64,000 nt of DNA, taken from the NCBI RefSeq assembly GCF_963853765.1, contig NC_088854.1, positions 39,432,001 through 39,496,000 of the forward strand, in the 5' to 3' direction. Below the pieces are notes generated by a model, which was not told where the DNA came from, did no database searches, and saw only the letters and a list, made by a program, of their open reading frames with translations. Within the stretch, counting starts at the first letter, position 1. Each line of letters starts with the position of its first letter. Both the position numbers and the translations under genes were made by a program. The DNA is from Magallana gigas (Eukaryota). Below, one piece after another: positions 23,633 to 38,045 of the stretch.

Positions 23633-26600
23633 TTGTTGCTTTATGAAAGACGCTGCAAGAATTGAATAACTATTTTAAATTGACGAAAAATATTATAGCA
23701 CCAACATTACATGTACCTTTGATGATTTTAAAAAATGCCCTTGTGCTTCTACACGGTTTGCTCGAGATTTTCTGTCAAGCATTTGCTCTCGTACATGTCA
23801 TTCTTTATTAACATAATTTCTAACTTCTTTTTTATACCTGTATTACTTCGTTATCTTGATTGAATTTGATTCTTTTTCCATGTTGTAATTTTCTTTTATA
23901 AAAAAGCAAGCCTTGTTATTGCAGTTATGAGTAAACCTATCTGGAATAAAATCCTACCTTGATGGATAAATAAAAGTATAAATCCCGATTGTAAACTAGA
24001 ATACAGGTACTGTGTATTATTGTGCCTCCTAATAATGTCTATTTTTTTTTATTACAAACCCACTTTCCTTTGTCGAAGATTGTGCAGTATGGAAAAGACG
24101 AGGGAATTGTCAGAAGTTGGTCGTTATCTGTCATACTGCACATCAATCACACGCATGAGCACTCTGACAAATGACGACGTCACAGATACACTGTAATCAT
24201 CAGCCACCATAATGATGACCTTTGACCCCGAATAAAAAAAATAACCCACGACTGCAACGAACATGACAGAGAAAATAATCACCAAAAACACATTTTGTGT
24301 ATACACAAGGAAATCCAGATTGACTAATTAAAAGTACAAAGGTTCATAGGAAAACCGTGTGGTTTGTTTCGAACACGTTTTACTATTCGGATTGACGCTA
24401 TTTGTTTTGTTTGAACTTCATGACACAAATTCAATAAATCAGTGGTTTACCTAAGAACACACGTAAATTCTAATAAGGAAGAGGAAATTGATTTAATGCC
24501 TACTTATTTACCTATTTAGTCCTATTCAAAAAATACTTCAATATTAATTTAAAATCTGTTGGGGAATCTTTTCCAAAATTTTTAGAAGATGGTAGAGGAC
24601 AAACTGTGAAGCAATTTGCTCCCAGAATAATAGGACATTGTTTGCAGTTCACATCTCTAGGACGTTTTGGTGACTTTGATAATAGCACATGACATAATTC
24701 ATTCAGGGCACGTTTCTTTTTCAAATAAGTACACGTGTTTTTATGAGGGAAAAACCGCACGTATACCATTTGAAATTCGAATTTATTAAAGAAAATCAAT
24801 CAAGATTCACAAATTTTATAGGGAATTTATTGTTATATACATTTTGATAATGAAATAAATGAAATAAAGAAATTTGAAGGCCAGCTAAATAGTATTGGTA
24901 AAGTTAAAATAACCTTGATTTAATTTAAACAATATTTTATTATGTAAAAAAAAATATTACATAATAGGATTGGGCAGCAGGCAATTGATTGGAAAGGGAA
25001 CAAAATTCTTAGTCATTTCTTTTTCGTTTGATCCATATTTATCAAATATATTCTTGTATTTCAATTTGCATATGCATATCAATGTAAGCTCTATTTATTA
25101 TTTTTAGTTCTATTTAAAATATAAATAAATTGTCTTATACATTAATAGCTTGTTAACGTTTTAGGATTATCAGATTTTACATTATTTCCATACACCTAGT
25201 AGCTGTTCCGCATGAATTCCGCATAAGTGAATTTCTAGTGCTCACAGTTGCAAAAACGCATCTTATCCTTTTATTTCCTGATTAAAATTTAGTGGATAAA
25301 ATGTGTAAGTGCAAAATCTAATCTTATATCAATATATATAGGCGATTATTGCAAGTGTCCAATTTTCTGTCCACTTCCGGTCAAGCGCCATCAATACATA
25401 ATCATTCAGTAAATTTGTCCACCGATGATTTCATACCCGTCCCATTTTTTCAAGAGTCATTTAGTCTTAGTTACACATTTGTACAAGATAACAAGCATTG
25501 TGAAATATAAATGGTTTGTACTCTAGTCAAATCTTCATTTATTTCTTGAGGTATGGGACTTGATATTCTTAAATTATCCGATGTTTTAGAATCTATATTA
25601 TTTAGAATTGCGTCATTTAAAGGGCAATCATAGACATACATACATGATATCTGAATTATTTTTCTTTTTTAACTAGAATAAGTAACCATTAACGACATGT
25701 ATGCAACCACTTTATTGTATTGCTATCGTATTTGTAAATTATACAATATACATACATGTACATTATGGAAACATGTTGAACTAAGTATAAATAATTATTC
25801 ATATAGATAAGCTTATCTTGAATAAGGGTTAAGAATAAGAAAAAAATCTTAATTAACTATTACATCATTTTTTTTAGTTACAGTCCTAATATCAAACTTA
25901 CAGATATGACAGTAGGAATCATAAAATAAAAAGTATATAAAAGAGTGTATCATTTTCTAAGAAAACATTGAAATGTCATATAACATTAAAATAAAAAAAA
26001 GCTTTCCGTCTACAATATAAACGTGGAGAAATGATATGTGTTAGAATAATAAAAAAAAACCCTCTGTATATTACACAATAATATTGTAGATTTTCAAAGG
26101 TTACGTGAATACGTGTACATTATTTTGAAATGGATAAATACCTATTTCAATACTCTCATCAAAATACGCTTTCTGGGTATTTGAATTTTCTTCAAGCGTA
26201 AATGATCTTCACACAAAATCTTTGAATGTTACATTCTTTATTTGGATGTACAATTTTTTTTTAGAATTTATTTTACACCAGTCTACATTTAAAAAATTTA
26301 AAAAAAATCCCAAAAGATACTAAATAGTTGTTCTCAGAAATGCAAAGAATGATGTCTCATGAAAATGAAATACGGTTGAATCGAAATATCATTACAATAA
26401 AGTAAATACGGTGTGTATAAAATGATGCATGTATATGTAAATCTTATAAAATGAGTGCTCATGTACAAATGAATAAATAATATATATTTCCCAAGAGACG
26501 AAACAAAGTTTACACGTACTTGACATAAACCCATAACTCCTCTGGGAGATTAATGGACATCATCCATCTTACAAACAAATTCTTCATTCAAATCTCACTG

Positions 26601-26876
26601 CAGATGTTACCCAATCGAACGTTTAAGATTCTCATTTTATGCTTTTATGTTTGCATATATGCACTTGAAACAAATGAAAAGTCTCATAAATAGCACCGAG
26701 ATCCATATGATTAAAGTACTGCACAGTCAATATCAGGTCTGCACTTGTTTGTACTTATAAGTGGATTTCATTCATCCAGTTTGGGCTTGGTTGTTTTTCT
26801 TCTTCTTGCATCAAATCCAATGCATTGAACGGGGAATAATCAATTTATTTGACATATTGAAATATATACTTTAAGT

Positions 26877-29800
26877 TCAAGGAGAAATGTTGACCCCTTG
26901 GCCAGTGACGGGGTCCTGGAAGAGGATTGAGCTCAAATCGACACCTAACTGGCTGTCTGGTATATTAGACCGCCTGAATTCGCTGGCGATCCTAGCGTGA
27001 ATATCATTCGCTCCTCCTCCGCCATTCTGCTGAAACTGGGATCCGAACGCACCCGGGGTGGTCCTTCTGCCGCCTCCTACAAAGAAGTCGGTCACCTGAC
27101 TTCCTGGCCCTCCCCCTTGTTGATTCCTGACCTGGTGGTGGTGGTCGTGGTCTCCTCCTCCCGGTCCCTCGCGGTGATGATCATTATGACCCGTTTGTCT
27201 CGTTATGGGGATCAGAGCACCCCCGGCCCCGGGCTGTGAATGGTCATGGGTATGATCCAGACTGGGATTAGTGAGATGTGTCAGCGTATGGCGATCTAAC
27301 AAATGGAAGAAAATATATACATGTATTCATGACCTTAATTTTATATAAACTTGACGGTTGTAAAAGAGCAAATCAATTATCTTCCACTGCAGACTTGTTA
27401 TCAATTTCAATGTTATAAAAGAGTAAATAAATGATGAAGAGGCTTTACCAAGTTCGCAATGTCCGTGGTTGCATACTTCGGGCGGAACACATGGAACCTG
27501 TATACAAGAAAAAGAAAATAAACCCTTAATTATAATGAGTCGGTCATATCGTAAAAAGAGGTTCACGAATAGTGAAAGCTAAGAGGGTTAAACTTAGTCT
27601 TTAGTAGACAGATTGATTGTCTTTACTTACAGCGCACGTGTCTGGTCCGCTTGTTTCTGTAGAAGTAAGAAAAGAAAATTATCAATCAACCCAATTCGCA
27701 TAGTCCCTTTCAAGTATTTCTTGCCAGCTGTAAACATTTTGTAACAGTTGTGACAAAATTCTTAATAAATCTAATTAGCCCACTAGAAATGTATTATTAA
27801 ATCAATTATGAGTAAAGAAAAAGTTGGATTTTGATGAGAAAAATTAATGGTTAAAAAATGATCGATTAACGATACCTATGTCGCAGTGTCCATTGTGGCA
27901 CACATATCCAATGGGACATGGTTCCTGAAAAATGGTACATAGATTAATACACTACATTTTTTAAATTCGTTTAACATTTGTTGCTGTATATTCACTATAA
28001 ATTCATTCTATTTAAGTCTTTGAAAAAATCGTTAATTCAATATAGTTGCAGTTCTTTGGGGGCGGGGGTAAAGGGGTTCCAGACCCCTCCCTGCAAAATT
28101 CAAATTCCTTTAAATCTACATTATAAAATTACCAAAAATACGCCCAAGACACCTCCCCCCGGGAAACTTAAATGAGCGTCAGACCCCCCCCCCCCCCCCC
28201 CTGGAAAAATTGTCTCGATCCGTGCATGCGCTGTATAACTGTTTTTTCGGTAGTTTCAGCATTATAGAGATTAAAAAACTTACCCGACACTGTGCTTCAT
28301 GTAAGTGTGAAGAGGACTCTGAAATAAATTCAAAATGAAATAAACTATCACGTTTCAATATTCTATTAATCAATTTGATTTTGTAAATCATGTCAAAAAC
28401 ATCAGTTTTAAGCAAAAGCAGTCGTTACATAAGCATTATTAAACTGACAGTTTCACAACTATATTGTCATTATTGCGATGCAAAAAATAGTTTCTTAACC
28501 AACACAAGACTGATTTTCAATAAAAGATGTTAAAAGTGTAATCACCATAACTCGTGAATCTGTTTATTCAATAGGCATTCCGATAGAAGTATAGAACACA
28601 CTGTACATGTAATTATACTTTTGCAGTAAAATATTTACACATTTCATTTTCAACTCTTGCTGACAATAATTTCATCATCAGGAAGCGGTTGACAGGTCGA
28701 CGGACATTACTGTATTTTTAGCTTGTCATACTAGCTTACGCACATTTTCCGAAATCATAATACATTGTATCTGTTGTATTATTTTTTAGCCAAGTCACTG
28801 TATTGATCTTCGACTTCGATAAGGTTTTATTTACAACAATTGGCCGATTGTTATATGACGAAGGTTTGGTTATCTACAAATCCTCTTTGCAATGAGCCTA
28901 TTACATATTTGTGCGAAATAATAATAATCGTAATTTAGTTAGTACTACCTTTGTCACAATGGCCGTCATGACAAACAAAGCCTGGAGGGCATGGTGGCTG
29001 TAAACGAAATAAAAAACAGTTAAGTCTTTTTTTTTTATCATGAAGAGATTTTCATAGTGTATATGAATGTCAGGTATAGAAAATCAAATACTTGTACATG
29101 TACAAATGTATGTTATCAAAATACTTACATCGCATACTGGACCACTAGGAACAGAACTCTCTGAAAGAATTTTCCAAAATGTCATCACATACAAAAAGAC
29201 TCAAATTTTAAAAAAAATTGCCACTTGAAAGCAATGAAACAAATGGCAAATAATTACATTCACTTGAAAGTAGCGCAATCTTCTTAATTCTTGCAAAGTG
29301 CTTGATTAGGCCATTTTTATTTACAAATTAAGTCTGTATATATTAGAAAATTTCATCATTTTACCTGCCAGACATGTTCCCCGATGGCACACCTGTCCTG
29401 GACAACAAGCAGGCTGAAAAACAAAGATTACTTTACATGTAATTCTAGTTAATATGGGTTACATACCTATTACATTACATATAATGCTAGTTAAAATGGG
29501 ATACATACCTATTACATTAAATGTAATACTAATTAAAATAGGACATACCTATTACATTACATGTAATGCTAGTTAAAATGGGATACATACCTATTACATT
29601 AAATGTAATACTGATTAAAATGGGACATACCTATTACATTACATGTAATGCTAGTTCAAATGGGAAACATACCTATATGTACAATCATACATAGAATTTT
29701 GGTTTAATAATTAAGATATTCCAAAACTATTTTCTTAGTTTATATAATTGATTTGCTGGTTCAACATTTTATGCTTAGGAAACAACAAATTAGTTATAAT

Positions 29801-32800
29801 AGTAAAATTTAAGTATTATTACGATATAAAGATTTTTTCCCCATCAGGGGAATCTATTTTCTGTATTTGATTGGTTACTTGAATTAAAATTGCAAATGAA
29901 ATGGAACTAGATTAACTCAAAATGCACAACTTTATGCGCAGTATTTTTCTAATAATAATAATAATAATAAAACCCATTTCCAATGTCTATATTGTAGGTC
30001 TATAAATGTCTGAGGCAAGACCTTATTCAAAGTCGAGCAATATGGCGTATATATATTTGTCATGCGTTTGTTTTAGGAAGTAGATAACGTTAAAAAAATG
30101 TTACATAATATCAACGTTGTTTAACTAATTATAATAATGTTTAATTAATTAGAGACGTGTAGGACCATAATGACCATATCAAAATGTTTACATGATGTAT
30201 ATCCTTGGGCAGTTTCTACTTTGAATGACCTTGTACGTCATGTTATATGTAATAAACTGTCACAGATTATTTATTGTAACAAATTAAACGGTCAAAACTG
30301 ATGACGTAATTAAAACAGCGGGGAATTTATTTCTGTTTCCACGAATCTATTATTTTCAAATCCGCGTTACAGGTTGAAATTAAGCGTAAAATTCTACACA
30401 AAAAGTACAGAAAGTTTAAATACGATGCAAATTTATCTATCCACAGTTACCGCATCATAAATTTAGAACATCTGCGTTGAGCATTAAAAACTATTACAAA
30501 ATGATTCTAATGTAATACGTCTTTTTAAAAGGAAAAATATAAAGTTTTCATAATTATCTATTTAGCATGTCGTGTTAGCATTTATTTTAATAGAACTGAT
30601 AAAGAATGATTCTAAATGTAATTCCATTACCATTTAATTCAGTTATCGTACATATTTATATATCGCAAAACTTTTTTATACAGCGAACCTCAATTATTAA
30701 TAAGATTTTGATACATACCTCACAGCGATCTGCAAATAAAAAAAGAACATTCACATTTTAACTTTTACATGCAGTTATTAGAATTTCTGACATTATTTTC
30801 AATCAGGTATTAGTATTTTGTCATGATATTAATGTGTTTAAATCAAAATAAACGAAATGTTTTCATTTAAATTGATAAAAAAAATCTAGGAACTATTCTC
30901 CATCATTACTTACGATTATCTATACATTTTCCATCCCGACATGTCATTCCGTTGGAACATGCTGGCTATAAAATAAATAAAAACGAAATCAAAGACTTCA
31001 TTATTTATCATCGATATAATATTTGTAAAGAATCACAAACTGCAATGGTGTGAGGAAATGTTCTTTTCCGCCAATAATTTTCATGTCAATTCTAAATTGT
31101 TATATCATTGATAACATATTAAATTTTAAATTAAAATAATAATCGAAATAGATCATATTAATCTGAGACCTTTGAGTCATGATTTTGTATGCCTAAGACT
31201 GGAAAAAATAATGATGACAAAATCTGCAAAGTCATTTTATTCTATACATACATAACACCAGCTTGCACATATCTCAAATCTATTAATTATTTTTAGATGG
31301 AATTATCATATTAATCTAATATATGACAATAGCAACGACAATTGTGTGGTACCATTTAAAAAATTAGAAATTGTAAATGTTGAAGAAATCTTGCACGTTC
31401 TTACAAATGTGAAAGTAATACATTTAAACATTCCATATCAACATTATTCCAAAATTAATACGTTTGAAAAAAAATTATTCAAACGAATTCCACTTATAAA
31501 ACTTGAAAAACGCCCTTTTATCTGATATACGAAGTAAAATGACGCAAAACCGCAAAAATATTTACTTAATAAACAGATCTTAGCCACCGAAGAAAATGCT
31601 AAATAACTAAACAGGTCAAAAGTTATACGAATTACAAATTAATAAATCTTCAAAGACAAATTGTTACTATTTTGGTCCATGACTCTACAAAAAATATATC
31701 CAAAGTTTGGAACGTCCCCATTGTATGCGGTTTTCACATAGAAGAATGATCGATGGTACAGTTTTATAATCAGAAGACCGTGATACATCATACTTACATT
31801 ACAAGGAGCTGAAAATAAAAAAAAAGACCACGTGAGAAGAATTGTCGTTTTCATTTCATACATAAATTATTCAAAAATTGATACTTTATGAAAATAAATT
31901 AATTCAATTTCAAAAAGACAGAGTACAAGAAAAAATAATACGTGCATCTTTTTTTTTTCATCTTAGTTATACAAATATATATTTATATATGAAATATTTA
32001 AATAAAGAAAAATCAAGTAAGACATACCAATGTCACAATGTCCGTGATGACATATATAACCATTAGGGCATGATGGCTGTAGAAGAAAGAAGAAAAAAAC
32101 ATTAAACATTAAAAAAAAGGAGGAACCATTACGACAGAAAATATCAGATTTTGTTTTAAGAAAATAAACAGTTCTCTAGTAGCATTTGCGATCAGATTGA
32201 TTTGTAACTCAGTTTTATTTTTATTGATTGAAAGGAAAATACAATTTTGGACACTTACAGTACATAAAGAGTCCAGTCCTACTGTGAAAGAAACAAAAGA
32301 ATTGATTAAATAATTTGCAAAAAACCTGCGTAAATTAAATACTAGTAAACATGTAGCCATCTAAAGTCTGTCACAGAAGAGCAGATATATAGATCTATAT
32401 TTATAACGTGTAACCATGTTTGTCACAAAAAACCAGATATCTAGATCTACATTTATATAAACGTAACCATCTAATGTCTAACACAGAAAGACAGATATAA
32501 AGATCTGCATTTATACACATGTAATATTTCTATCACAGAAAAGCAGATATATAGATCTGCATTTATATACACGTAATTATCTAATTTATGTTACTGAAAA
32601 ACAGATATATAGATCTACATTTATATACACGTAATTATCTTATGTCTGTCAGAGAAAAAGAGATATAGAGATCTACATTTATTTACATGTGACCGTCTAC
32701 TGTCCGTCACAGAAAAGCAGATATAGAGATCTACATTTATTTACATGTGACCGTCTACTGTCCGTCACAGAAAAGCAGATAATTATATAGAACTACATTT

Positions 32801-34104
32801 ACGTACATGTGTCCATCTAATGTTTTTACAGAAAAATAAATATATAGATCTACATTTATTTACATGTAACAATCTAATGTCAGTCACAGAAATGCAAATA
32901 TATAGATCTACATTTATATACACGTAACCATCTAAACATCTGTCACAGGAAAGCAGATACTAGTATATAGATCTACATTTATGTGTAGGTGAATGAATAA
33001 TTATACACAACAAATACTTTCTGCAAAGTTGCTATTTGCAAGTTTAAACAATTTAAACACAAGGTTTGGCGTTTATCTGCTATACAAACATTAACCTGTA
33101 TACCAACTTTGTATTTACTAGCAGACCACAAAATATACCATTTTTAGATATTATGGGAAAACACAAAGCACTGGGAAGATATTAGACCACATATACATGT
33201 AACTTACAGTGGCATTCTCCTCCATACAACAGAAGACCAGGAGCACATGTGATCTAAATCATAGAAATAAAAGCATGATAGTTCAAAAACTTACTATCAC
33301 GGCATTCTCCCGCTAAAAGTCTTAACCCTCGAGCACACGATATCTAAAAAGGACAAGATAACTTAAATGCGATATTTTGTTTTGTAAATTTTAGTTGAAT
33401 TAAGATATAAAAAAAATTCTGTTAATTCTTAATCATAGTTGTGTACTCGATCTATATATATTTTTTTTGGCTGAACCATTTACCCGTACGAAATACTTAC
33501 ATTACAAACTGGCTGGATGTGTGTAATATCTGGCACAAAACCAGTCTGAGCCTGAAATGGAACATTTCCGGGACCAGGTTGCTGTGGGATTCTCCTTGGT
33601 GGTTGCCTGTTTATAGGTTGTTGTTGTGGCCAAATGTTCTGAGGTGGAAGGGTTTGCGAACGGGAATTCGGTTGAGGCCAATTTGGTCTTGGCCTCCGAA
33701 AGAGTCTTTGACACGCTGGAATCCAAGGATAATCAAAACAACGACCCCAAGACCACCTAGATCTTCCGATATTAAATGCCGGAGAAGACCCTATAAAAAA
33801 AGGCGTAAAAAGTTTGTAACCTTTGTCATGTTCGAGAATTTTACATTGAATAAAGTTAATTCAAACCAGTGAGTATAGCAATAAGTTTAAAAAAATAATA
33901 AAGCAGCAAATATTGCAATTTCTTTTTTTTTCAAATCTAATTTAGAAATTATACATTAAATTAATTATAAAGAAATGTGTAACATTTACCTCTAAAAATT
34001 CGGGGTCCTTGGTAAGGAATAGGAACAAAGCGAATAGTCCTAAATATCTGTGACTCCACGATAGAAAAAAGTAGCGCGGACAGCACAAACAACAGAATTT
34101 TCAT
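26877..34104 (-). CDS. Gene C: secreted paralogue of gene B, 386 aa, with five Cys modules, a Pro/Gln/Arg-rich N-region and a His/Gly-rich tail
   Basis: Exons 34104-33990 (signal MKILLFVLSALLFSIVES), 33790-33501, 32076-32028, 31808-31798 (11 nt), 30965-30914, 30729-30719 (11 nt), 29413-29365, 29160-29129 (32 nt), 28997-28949, 28318-28284 (35 nt), 27497-27449 and 27295-26877. All GT-AG, total 1161 nt. AATAAA about 30 nt after the stop. Confidence 0.88.
29455..29680. repeat. About 42-bp minisatellite (about 6 cores) in a gene C intron
   Basis: Unit GATACATACCTATTACATTACATGTAATGCTAGTTAAAATGG read directly. Confidence 0.9.
32375..32985. repeat. About 55-bp minisatellite (about 11 units) in gene C intron 2
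   Basis: Unit approximately GTCACAGAAAAGCAGATATATAGATCTACATTTATATACACGTAACCATCTAATGTCT. Confidence 0.9.
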
Positions 34105-37100
34105 TTTAGTTAAAAAGTTAAAAATCGATAAACCAATAATACTTCTGACTAGTCTTTGAGAACCAAATGATGATAAGTAAACACAGTTTGAGAGAGAGAA
34201 AGAGTAAAAAAAAGAACGAATCAACGAAATATATGTCAGACTGTGAGGGTGATGATTGTAATATTAGCACGATGACACGAGAGACTCCAGAACGTAGACA
34301 GATTGATGGGCCTAAATACGGTAGGGGAGGGGAATTTTTACGTACAAACCAATCAGGCATGACGGAACACTTCCGTCAGCAAAGTCCAACCAATAACGCC
34401 TAGTCACAGGTGAACAACACAACACTGCAACGTGAATCCCTTTTGTCAATGATATTAGTTTGTTATGATAATGAAATCAAATTACGACGAACTCTTACAT
34501 ACAAAAACTGTCTCTTTTTATAAGAGACCACTTTAAAATTAAAAATAGGAACGTTTGTGAAGTGTATAACAGAGACAAGTCTTGATATAGAAATCGGCAT
34601 GTTGGTTTCTGACACAAATTTTATAACAACATGTTATCTAATTCACATTTTCCTTTTCTGCCGTAACCCGCCAGTCCTACTGCAAATGATATGGCTATTG
34701 TTTTTAATGCTCAGACGTTGTCATATAAATGATCAAGGTAGAATAATGACAAAGCTGTAGAATTCTTTTAAATTTAGTATTTAATTTTCAAAATAGTTTT
34801 AACCGTTTCCACAGATGTCTTGAGAAAACTAAAATAAATAAGGTTTAGATAAAATCGAGACTTGATTTGCATTGCATTTGTACGCCATTGTCATAGTAAA
34901 AATGATTGGTTCGATACAATTGAATCAGCGTACGGAAAGTTATTTATTTTATTTCCTTTTATAATTTATGCATGTTTCCACGATTTTGATAGGCGTTATC
35001 TCAATAATATATCGTTGACTGGTATATAACATCGATTAGAAGACGATTCACTTATGGTTAAATACGTATGATTTCATACTACCAATGACATTCACTGCTG
35101 TCAATTAATCAATGAAAGACGTTGTTTATTATTTTGAATGGAATGTTCGTTAAAGAGAAGACAAACTTCATCTTTATCACGATCAAAAACACAGTAATTG
35201 ATGAATTGATTTAGTAGTATTGAATAAAACCCTATAAAAAGTTCTTTTGAAATATCTCTTTTAATAAAAAAGGTAGATTTTGAGAAGGACTGTTTTGTTA
35301 CATCCATTTAACCACTAATTAATCACCAGTAATTGATATAAACTGAATTGTAATTAGAATTTGTGTTGATCTCTCGTTCAGGACTGATTGCTGATGGCGA
35401 TAAAAATGTTGTTAAATTAGTTACAAACAAATACACAATTACAATAAATCGCTCATTATATGCATCAGAAGAGTTCAAGACTACAACTGCAAAATATAAT
35501 TCATGATTATTTAATGAATATTTAAGAATTAACGGGAAATATTTCTCAGTTTTTCGTGTATGTAATGGTGCATTGGTTTTGTTTTCTTGAGAGAGATAGT
35601 ACTCTCTCATACTAGTAAACGCTGTGTTGAAAAATTAATTGATAAACTCACATTAATTTCAATGTAATATAAATATATGTGATATACTCATGCCGAATTT
35701 CAAGTTGAATGTTTCTCGACTTGTTGCAACACTGCTGTTGTCATAGGCAAAATCCCATCGTGAGCCCTAGACCGGTAAATGTCCGAGTAAAAATAAACTG
35801 GCGACTTCGAGAGAATAATGACGTATATCTCCGCTATTTTAAGACCCATCAACTTGAAATTGTATCTTAGACATTACTTTTATGAAAAAAACATGTATAT
35901 TGCGAGTGTTTTAAAAATTAATTGATTTATTTGGCTTTTAAAGCGAGCTGGTAGTTTTTTTTATCTGGGTCAGAGTTCGACCCCTTTCTTTATTTATGGT
36001 TACATTGAAATTAATGTTAAACGGGCTTGGTCCCTCTGGATAAACTTAACAATTTCCTATATTTTCAGGGAAGGGGTACGGTTTATAGTAGGAACATATG
36101 TGAATCGTTACGATACACCTGTATTTTGATATTAGTATTGGCAATTGCTGCGCTGTACATGTGCATGGTTAATGAGAAAATTTAAGCCTAATGTTAACAT
36201 GTAATAAGCATTTTTTAACCCTATGTCTTTAAAAGCCCGGTCGTGTTTATATGCAACTGAGGCCACAATTCAAACGAGTTTAGATATATTGGTATTTGTT
36301 TGCGTATGAACATAAAGAATGAAATTTGAAAAAAAATTAAAAATCTATGGTTTATAGATTACATAGGATGAAATCGTAGGGAAAATGTTTCAAAATTAAT
36401 ACACATCCAGACTAGCAAGATTTTTTTTAATAAGTAAAAACTCTTTTCACAGTGTGGACACTTAACATTTTTTTATACATCCAACGCTGGAAAAATTAAA
36501 CCAATAGCTTTCGTCCGTTGAATGTAATAGAAAAAGGCTTAAATCTGGAATCTTTTTCGACAGATTTTTTTATGCATACAAAAAATTACTGATAAACACA
36601 AAGTAAGACTGGTTCGTTAAAAAATCTACAAATGTAGCAATAAAATGACAGAGTGACACATTTAAACACCTACGACTTATTCAATAACCGGATTTGTCCA
36701 TTAATAGTGTTGCTGCCACAGATCAAGATTCTCTAATAGATGTTCAAAGAGCCTTTTTAAAGCAAATGCAAAATGTCACAAACAAAACAACCGTCGCCGA
36801 AATTAACCTCCATGTTGCACTTCGTACATTATTTTGAGAACATAACGCGGTAAAGAATCCTTGACGTATTATGTCAAATCTTTTTCATCCTTCCCCAAGA
36901 TTTGTATTATAAATTCAAACATAATGAGTTATTTTATTTTCAAGGACCAAACAAAAATTGTAATCAATGTTCAATAAATTAATTAAAAGCAGGAAGATAT
37001 TTGGGAAAATTGCGACAATTTGACCCCGTTAATTTGCTATACAAGTAATTATATATTAAAAAAAAAGAGAGATACCTAATATTTTGATATCAAAAATATC

Positions 37101-37779
37101 AGTATAACGATATTGATATTTCCGCCAAAATTTTCAATTTTACATATAAATTATATACAGAAACTTGTACAAGTACTTTAGATCACATACTTTCACACTT
37201 TGAGCAATTCATATCTCTCTTCGAACATTTGCCCCTTCAATATTTACACAGAGAATCAAACTGTAACGGTATTTCCCAGCAATAAACAAGACAATCACTT
37301 AACCCAGATTTCTTTAATGATGTAATATTTTGAGACTATGTAATATAATATGATAAAATAAATATAACAAAATTGTATAATATCAAGTCATAAAATACAT
37401 TCATACATTATAACGATAGAATTATCTTTAAATACATTTCCATTGAAATATACACATGTGAAAAATATAGTTTTATTTATGAAGATAACCCGATGGACAC
37501 AGACATCCTTTATGCAGCTTATCAGCTTGTTTTGACAACCTGTAGGCACTTTTAAATTATAAATATATCCCTTTACATGTTATTAGCACTGTTTAACTCT
37601 TAAATATTTGTCGCTCTTTTACATTGCCGTTGCAAATTGAATATTTATTACCTGTACACCCAGGTGGAGTATTAAAATTAGAAATACCTTTAAACCTAAA
37701 AATAGATTATTTAAATGACTGACGTGTGGACAAGTTTCGGCCTGATCTTGACGGTACACGATTTCTACTTTCATTTTAG

Positions 37780-37848
37780 TGTTTATCATCGTATTCCCGG
37801 AAGGTAATGTTGTCATGGAATTTATAAACAACTTGGAAGTAAAATAAG
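37780..37848 (+). other. Putative 5' exon of gene E containing a short upstream ORF (37815-37847, MEFINNLEVK*)
   Basis: Polypyrimidine tract plus AG at 37779, GT at 37849; clear sequence similarity to 51791-51862 upstream of paralogue F. Confidence 0.55.
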
Positions 37849-38045
37849 GTAAAATGTGAGTACAGATATAATAAAACGTGATCTTAAATGTTTAGTGAGT
37901 TAATCGCTGCTTAAAATGACTCCATATTAGGTCGTTCATCCTCTGTCAAGATCGTTGGACCAGGAACGTACACTGAGTATAAACAACAATAACAATTTAA
38001 TATGTGTTTTAGCTCCTAGGGTATACAAAAGTAAGTACTTCATCC

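Noticed and set aside
24060-24325. GC-richer island with a hydrophobic 60-aa ORF (24124-24306, -)
   Set aside because: No recognisable family, no convincing splice partners and stops in adjacent sequence. Could be a gene or transposon relic; a BLASTX search would settle it.
2389-32985. Tandem arrays as possible CRISPR arrays
   Set aside because: No unique spacers, no cas genes, eukaryotic context.
34167-34403. 78-aa plus-strand ORF upstream of gene C
   Set aside because: No motif or splice support; probably promoter or UTR sequence.
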